NCBI GenBank assembly: GCA_033977065.1
Contig: JAXCHI010000003.1
Coordinates: 544,001 to 608,000, forward strand
Direction: 5' to 3'
Source: Candidatus Algichlamydia australiensis
Lineage (GTDB): Bacteria; Chlamydiota; Chlamydiia; Chlamydiales; JAJFMI01
Length of the DNA: 64,000 bases
In this document: piece after piece, positions 58,755-64,000 of the stretch
Position numbering within the stretch: the first letter of the stretch is position 1
How the letters are laid out: each line of letters begins with the position of its first letter
The notes under the pieces: generated by a model
Database searches by the model: none
Seen by the model: only the letters and a program-made list of their open reading frames with translations
Told to the model about the DNA's origin: nothing
Made by a program: the position numbers and the translations under genes

Positions 58755-60242
58755 ATGGATTTTTTAAAAAACTATTTTTCTTCGACTCCTGAAGATAAAA
58801 GAAAGAGCAGTGCAATTAGTATTTTGGCGGGTTTGGATCACCTCCATTCGCAGAGTCCCAAGATTGCAGCAGCAATTGTGAGTGAGCTTCAGGCGCAGCG
58901 TTCTAATTTGAAGATGATTGCGTCAGAGAATTACTGTTCACTTGCTGTACAGCTGGCTATGGGAAATTGGCTCACTGATAAATACAGTGAGGGGGCAGTT
59001 CGCAAGCGCTTTTATGCAGGATGTGAAAATGTCGATACGATTGAAGAGATGGCGGTCCATGAATTAAAAGAAATTTATGGTTGTGATCACGCCTATGTGC
59101 AGCCGCACTCTGGAGCAGATGCTAACTTGGTCGCTCTCTGGTCCATTCTGGTGGGGCGTGTCCAAAGCAAGGAGCTTGAGAAGTTGGGTGCAAAATCACC
59201 CGACGCGCTTTCTGTAGAGGATTATGAGAAGGTGCGTCAAGTTTTGGTGTCGCAAAAGATGCTTGGTATGGGGTTGAATAGTGGGGGGCATTTAACACAC
59301 GGGTATCGCCACAATATTTCTTCGAAAATGATCCAAAGTTTTTCCTATGAAGTGAATCCTGAGACGGGACTGCTTGATTATGCAGAAATTGAGAGAAGGG
59401 CAAAAGAGGTCCAGCCGCTTGTGTTGATCGCGGGATATTCAGCTTACTCCAGGTTGATCAACTTTGCGAAAATGCGCGAGATTGCCGATAGCGTTGGGGC
59501 GGTTTTGTGGGTTGATATGGCGCACTTTTCTGGTCTTGTTGCCGGTAAAGTGATGCAGGGTGAGTATAATCCGATTCCTTATGCACAGATGGTTACTTCA
59601 ACAACGCATAAGACGCTGCGCGGTCCGCGAGGTGGGATGGTTTTGTGCCAGTCTGAATTCAAAGAGATGGTCGATAAAGGGTGTCCACTTGCTCTTGGTG
59701 GGCCGCTTCCTCATGTAATGGCAGCAAAGGCGATTGCATTCCAAGAGGCGAATACTAAAGAGTTTCAAAACTACTCTCAGCAGATTGTCAAAAATTCCCA
59801 AGCTTTGGCCGAGGCCATGAAGGAGAGGGGGGCAAAAGTTTTGACAGGCGGTACAGATAACCACATGGCAATTGTTGATGTGCAAACAAGTTATGGAATT
59901 TCAGGGCGCCAGGCAGAACTTGCTCTAAAGGAGGCGAACTTAACGATTAATCGCAATACAGTCCCTGGTGATGTAAATGGGCCTTGGTACACATCGGGTA
60001 TTCGTTTTGGTACGCCTGCGTTGACAACTCTTGGCTTAAAAGAGGCTGAGATGGAGCGCATTGGTGGATTGCTAGATCAGCTTTTGCGCGCTTGTGAGCC
60101 GGTTGAGGGAAGTAAAGCAAAATATAGTGTTGATTCTAAGGTCATGGAGCATGTACGAGGTGAAGTGAAAGAAATTTTAAAATCTTTTCCTCTCTATCCT
60201 GAACTCGTCATTGACGAAGTGGCAGCGCCCCATGTATTCTGA
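58755..60242 (+). CDS. glyA: Serine hydroxymethyltransferase, long chlamydial type
   Basis: [41 protein letters not shown]. Confidence 0.98.
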   Translation: MDFLKNYFSSTPEDKRKSSAISILAGLDHLHSQSPKIAAAIVSELQAQRSNLKMIASENYCSLAVQLAMGNWLTDKYSEGAVRKRFYAGCENVDTIEEMAVHELKEIYGCDHAYVQPHSGADANLVALWSILVGRVQSKELEKLGAKSPDALSVEDYEKVRQVLVSQKMLGMGLNSGGHLTHGYRHNISSKMIQSFSYEVNPETGLLDYAEIERRAKEVQPLVLIAGYSAYSRLINFAKMREIADSVGAVLWVDMAHFSGLVAGKVMQGEYNPIPYAQMVTSTTHKTLRGPRGGMVLCQSEFKEMVDKGCPLALGGPLPHVMAAKAIAFQEANTKEFQNYSQQIVKNSQALAEAMKERGAKVLTGGTDNHMAIVDVQTSYGISGRQAELALKEANLTINRNTVPGDVNGPWYTSGIRFGTPALTTLGLKEAEMERIGGLLDQLLRACEPVEGSKAKYSVDSKVMEHVRGEVKEILKSFPLYPELVIDEVAAPHVF

Positions 60243-60261
60243 GGAAAAGGAGATATTCGAT

Positions 60262-60864
60262 ATGAGCGATGAAGATGAGAAGAAAGAGAAGAGAGCGAGT
60301 GGCACAATTCAAGATAAAATTGACGAAATGCTTTTGCAGCATCGCCGCATCTTTTTCTCCTCTCCAGTGATGGATGATAGTGCAAAAGAGGTGATTCGCA
60401 AGCTCTGGTATCTGGAGTTGAAAGATCCAGGTAAGCCAATTCTTTTTATCATCAATTCACCCGGCGGCTCGGTCGATTCTGGTTTTGCGATCTGGGATCA
60501 AATCAAGATGATGACTTCCCCAGTGACAACTCTTGTTACAGGTCTTGCCGCGTCGATGGGCTCTGTATTGAGCTTGGTTGCGGGCAAAGGACGTCGTTTT
60601 GCTACACCTTATGCAAGAATCATGATTCACCAACCGGCGATTCATGGCGTGATCCAAGGTCAAGCGACAGATTTGGAAATTCAGGCAAAAGAGATTATTA
60701 AAACACGCAAAACTTTAGTTGATCTTTATACTTCTCAGACAGGTCAAGATGAGAAGGCTGTTGAAAAGGCTTTAGATCGTGATACTTGGTATAGTGCTAA
60801 AGAGGCTCTAGAGTTTGGTTTGCTTGATGGTATTGTGGAGTCCTATACTGATCTGAAGATGTAA
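60262..60864 (+). CDS. clpP: ATP-dependent Clp protease proteolytic subunit (ClpP1 position)
   Basis: INSPGG, AASMG, MIHQP, DRD; AAGGAG RBS before ATG 60262. Confidence 0.96.
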   Translation: MSDEDEKKEKRASGTIQDKIDEMLLQHRRIFFSSPVMDDSAKEVIRKLWYLELKDPGKPILFIINSPGGSVDSGFAIWDQIKMMTSPVTTLVTGLAASMGSVLSLVAGKGRRFATPYARIMIHQPAIHGVIQGQATDLEIQAKEIIKTRKTLVDLYTSQTGQDEKAVEKALDRDTWYSAKEALEFGLLDGIVESYTDLKM

Positions 60865-61650
60865 ATGAAGTTTATAAAAATTGAGGGGGCGGGCAATGAC
60901 TTCATCGTAATGGAGGGGCCTGTCCTAGTTAAATCGGAGATTGTGCGGCTGTGCGATCGTCGAAAAGGGATTGGGGCTGACGGCCTCATTTTTGTTTCTG
61001 AATCGGCTTGCGCCGATATAAAATTTATTTATTACAACGCGGATGGTTCCCGGGCCGACTTTTGCGGAAATGGATTGCGCGCAACTGCACGTTATATGGG
61101 GTATAATTGCACGATTGAGTCCGATTGTGGGCTCCATTTTGCAAAATTTTTTGGGAAAGAGATTGCAGTTAACGTCCCTTCACCAAAATTTATAAAAAAG
61201 AATTTTTTTTATACCGACGAAGGAGCTTTACACTATGTACATGTCGGTGTTCCTCATGCAATTTTGCATATAAAGAATTTTGAACAGTTTAACTATTTAG
61301 CAAAAAAATTGCGTCACGATCCTCGTTTTGGGGAGGCTGGGGCAAATATTCACTTTTCAAAAGAGTTAGAAGATGGCAAAATAGAGGTGCGAACCTTTGA
61401 GCGCGGTGTAGAAGGGGAAACTTTTGCATGTGGAAGTGGTGGTGCAGCAGTTTTTTTAACTTTTAATGCAAAAGAGGCGACCATTTGCTTTAGAAGTGGC
61501 GATGAGGTGCGCTACTTTTATGAGGGCAAGTATCTCATGATGCAGGGGCCTGCGCGTAAAATTTTTACTGGAGAAATCGATGCTAATTGGCATACCGAAA
61601 GAGATCAAGATTCACGAATACCGAGTGGGGGCTACTCCGAGCAAAGTTAA
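60865..61650 (+). CDS. dapF: Diaminopimelate epimerase
   Basis: GAGNDF, GIGADG, CGNG, GVPH, ERGVEGET.ACGSG. Confidence 0.96.
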   Translation: MKFIKIEGAGNDFIVMEGPVLVKSEIVRLCDRRKGIGADGLIFVSESACADIKFIYYNADGSRADFCGNGLRATARYMGYNCTIESDCGLHFAKFFGKEIAVNVPSPKFIKKNFFYTDEGALHYVHVGVPHAILHIKNFEQFNYLAKKLRHDPRFGEAGANIHFSKELEDGKIEVRTFERGVEGETFACGSGGAAVFLTFNAKEATICFRSGDEVRYFYEGKYLMMQGPARKIFTGEIDANWHTERDQDSRIPSGGYSEQS

Positions 61651-62692
61651 ACTTTTAATTGATGCAGGGCATCAAGTCATTATTGAAACTGGTGCTGCCG
61701 AAAAGATCGGTTTCCCTGATAGCGCCTATGAAGCTGCAGGTGCAAAAATTGTTCCGAGCGCTAAAGAAGTCTATGAGGCGGAACTTGTGATCAAGGTAAA
61801 AGAGCCACAAGAGCCAGAGTATGGACTTTTGAAAAAAGGGCAGACGCTATTTTGTTACCTCCATCTCGCACCCGATGCAAAGCAGACGGAAGCTCTTGTC
61901 AAAAGTGGTGTAACGGCAATCGCCTATGAGACTGTTTTTGATCAAATGGGGCGACTGCCTCTGTTGACGCCAATGAGTGAGTTGGCTGGGCGTATTGCAA
62001 TTCAAGCTGGAGCAACAGCTCTACAAATGGCCTATGGAGGCAAAGGTGTTTTACTCGGCGGTGTTCCCGGAGTATTACCGGGAAAAGTAGTTGTAATTGG
62101 TGGCGGTGTTGTAGGGACCCACGCGGCACGCATGGCAATGGGCCTTGGAGCCGATGTTACGGTACTTGATCGCGATCTCAATCGTTTGCGCGACATTGAT
62201 GTCGACTTTAATTTCCGCATGAAAACGCTCTTTTCAAGTCCACAAAATGTAGAAAGAGTTTTACAGGATGCAGATCTTGTTGTGGGGGCCGTACTGATTC
62301 CTGGAAAATCGGCGCCACGTCTTGTGACAAAAGAGATGTTGCAGTTGATGGAGAAGGGCTCTGTACTTGTTGACGTGGCAATCGATCAGGGGGGGTGCTT
62401 TGAGACATCACGACCTACGACACATAGTGATCCACGTTACGAGGTAGATGGCGTTGTTCACTACTGTGTAACCAATATGCCGGGAGCGTGTGCCAAGACG
62501 GCAACAGAAGCCTTAACAAGTGCAACGATCCCTTATACGCAGAAGTTAGTTGAGATGGGCGTAAGCCAAGCGCTCCTCTCCGATAAAGGATTTTTACAAG
62601 GACTCAATGTCTGTAATGGTCGGGTGACAAATGAACATGTCGCTGCAGATCTAGGTTACGACTATGTGTCCCCAGAGGAGATATTAAAATAG
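61580..62692 (+). CDS. ald: Alanine dehydrogenase
   Basis: [43 protein letters not shown]. Confidence 0.96.
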   Translation: MLIGIPKEIKIHEYRVGATPSKVKLLIDAGHQVIIETGAAEKIGFPDSAYEAAGAKIVPSAKEVYEAELVIKVKEPQEPEYGLLKKGQTLFCYLHLAPDAKQTEALVKSGVTAIAYETVFDQMGRLPLLTPMSELAGRIAIQAGATALQMAYGGKGVLLGGVPGVLPGKVVVIGGGVVGTHAARMAMGLGADVTVLDRDLNRLRDIDVDFNFRMKTLFSSPQNVERVLQDADLVVGAVLIPGKSAPRLVTKEMLQLMEKGSVLVDVAIDQGGCFETSRPTTHSDPRYEVDGVVHYCVTNMPGACAKTATEALTSATIPYTQKLVEMGVSQALLSDKGFLQGLNVCNGRVTNEHVAADLGYDYVSPEEILK

Positions 62693-62696
62693 TACT

Positions 62697-64000
62697 GTGC
62701 ATCCATTTCCCTTTGAAGATTTAGACCGAGAAAAAGGAGTAGAGCTTTTAAAGAAAAAAGCTTTAGGTGAAGTTCTTTTTTCTCAAGGGACTTATCAAGT
62801 GGAAGTGGTAGATGAGGAGAGCTTTTGGCCCTTTTTACAGGTTAGCGATGAGGGAGAACTCAAAGATGGTTTTTGCACCTGTGAAACTTATGATGAGAAG
62901 CGCTCTTGCTCTCATTTGGCAGCCTCATACTTAATGATCATGCGGGATGAAAAAGCTCCGCTCCATTTACGTTTTCAAGACTCTCTGTTCTGTTTTCTTT
63001 GCAAGATGGCTTCACGTCGCCATGGTTATGAACCCGATGCGATTCATGTAAAAGAGGAGGGGGTTTTTGAAGCGAAATCTCTTTCTGGAAAAGAGCTCTT
63101 TTCTCTTAAATTAAAGAGCGAAACCGGTAAGAAAATTCTCAATGATCTGCTCTATAATCGACCGGTTGAAACTGAAGAGACCTCGTTAAAATTTTCTAAT
63201 CTACCTGCCGATGAGTTAGAGGCGTGGCGTGAAGGCAGACCTAGCGAATCCCTCAAATTTGAACTCTCTTTCTGGGCAGACCTGGCCAAACAGTTAATTT
63301 TATGGGTAGAGCAAAAGCAGAACTATAAAGTTGAATTTTCAAAAGAAGAGTTACCGAAACGCATTTGCATCACCTTCCCCGATCTAGAGCTTGTTTTTTA
63401 TATTGCGCGGGTCAATTGGCCTGAGCTCATCCCAACGCTTTGTAGTGTTAACTCGCCCCTTGAAGTCCGCGAGATGGAAGAGTGCGCAATTGAGAAAATC
63501 ACTTACGATAAAGAGGCGAAAAAATTTCAAATCCTCTCTAAAAACTTTGAGGGTTTACCGAAAGGCAAAGAGGGGATACAGGTAGGGGACTATCTCTACC
63601 ATCCAGGGGTAGGATTTTTTATGCAGCCAAGTGATGACCTGCTTACAAAAAAGGAGATCCCCCAAAATTTGATCGCAGAAACGCTCTTAAGACACGCCCC
63701 AATAATTGAGAGGCATCTGCAGGGCACAAAGATTACTTCATCAAAGCGCAAAGCGCGCTACTCGCTCTACATCGACGATGAGGGAAGTCTGCATGTAAAA
63801 CTCTATCTCTTTTCACCCGAAGATTTTGATCTGCCTACTTCATGTTATTACGGCCCTTGGGTCTACATAGAAAATCGCGGGTTTTTCCTTACAGAAGAGC
63901 AACTTTTCGAAGCAGAAAAGCGCGTAGTACCTTGGGATAAGGTGGGAGAGTTTGTCACACGACACCGGCAGTGGCTCTCTGAATTTGAAGGGTTTGGGAT
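62697..64000 (+). CDS. Partial SWIM zinc-finger protein, probably the N-terminus of a SNF2-family helicase
   Basis: Runs off the window. Hand translation from GTG 62697: ...FSQGTYQVEV...FWPFLQ...FCTC(x8)CSHLAA SWIM motif; the helicase part is inferred, not seen. Confidence 0.7.
   Translation, partial: MHPFPFEDLDREKGVELLKKKALGEVLFSQGTYQVEVVDEESFWPFLQVSDEGELKDGFCTCETYDEKRSCSHLAASYLMIMRDEKAPLHLRFQDSLFCFLCKMASRRHGYEPDAIHVKEEGVFEAKSLSGKELFSLKLKSETGKKILNDLLYNRPVETEETSLKFSNLPADELEAWREGRPSESLKFELSFWADLAKQLILWVEQKQNYKVEFSKEELPKRICITFPDLELVFYIARVNWPELIPTLCSVNSPLEVREMEECAIEKITYDKEAKKFQILSKNFEGLPKGKEGIQVGDYLYHPGVGFFMQPSDDLLTKKEIPQNLIAETLLRHAPIIERHLQGTKITSSKRKARYSLYIDDEGSLHVKLYLFSPEDFDLPTSCYYGPWVYIENRGFFLTEEQLFEAEKRVVPWDKVGEFVTRHRQWLSEFEGFG

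Overview
Chromosomal segment from a member of the phylum Chlamydiota, probably an environmental lineage outside Chlamydiaceae. This rests on chlamydial gene order (lnt-lpxC-fabZ-lpxA-fmt-[orphans]-rplC...rplQ-gapA-grgA; dnaJ-rpsU-tsaB-lon...rnz...ABC-F-xerC; cdsZ-rnpB; glyA-clpP-dapF) and the Chlamydia-specific GrgA and CdsZ. Two accessory regions interrupt the core. (1) About 20.6 kb between tRNA-Leu(TAA) and dnaJ. Its most striking part is a ~6 kb lipid-biosynthesis cassette: a CdsA/YnbB-like cytidylyltransferase, a CDP-alcohol phosphatidyltransferase, a PLP class-V enzyme fused to an SDR lacking YxxxK, and an adenylation-ACP-PlsC tridomain protein. The cassette is bracketed by a degenerate direct repeat of the 3' end of a pentapeptide-repeat gene. 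(2) About 2.8 kb after rnz, with an orphan HigA, a tandemly duplicated gene pair with reciprocal decay, and a hicAB locus whose toxin gene is split by a 164-bp foldback element. Several different whole-length foldback (MITE-like) elements, three of them 164-165 bp, are scattered through intergenic DNA. No transposase, phage integrase or CRISPR array was seen. All calls come from motif and synteny recognition by eye; no database searches were run.
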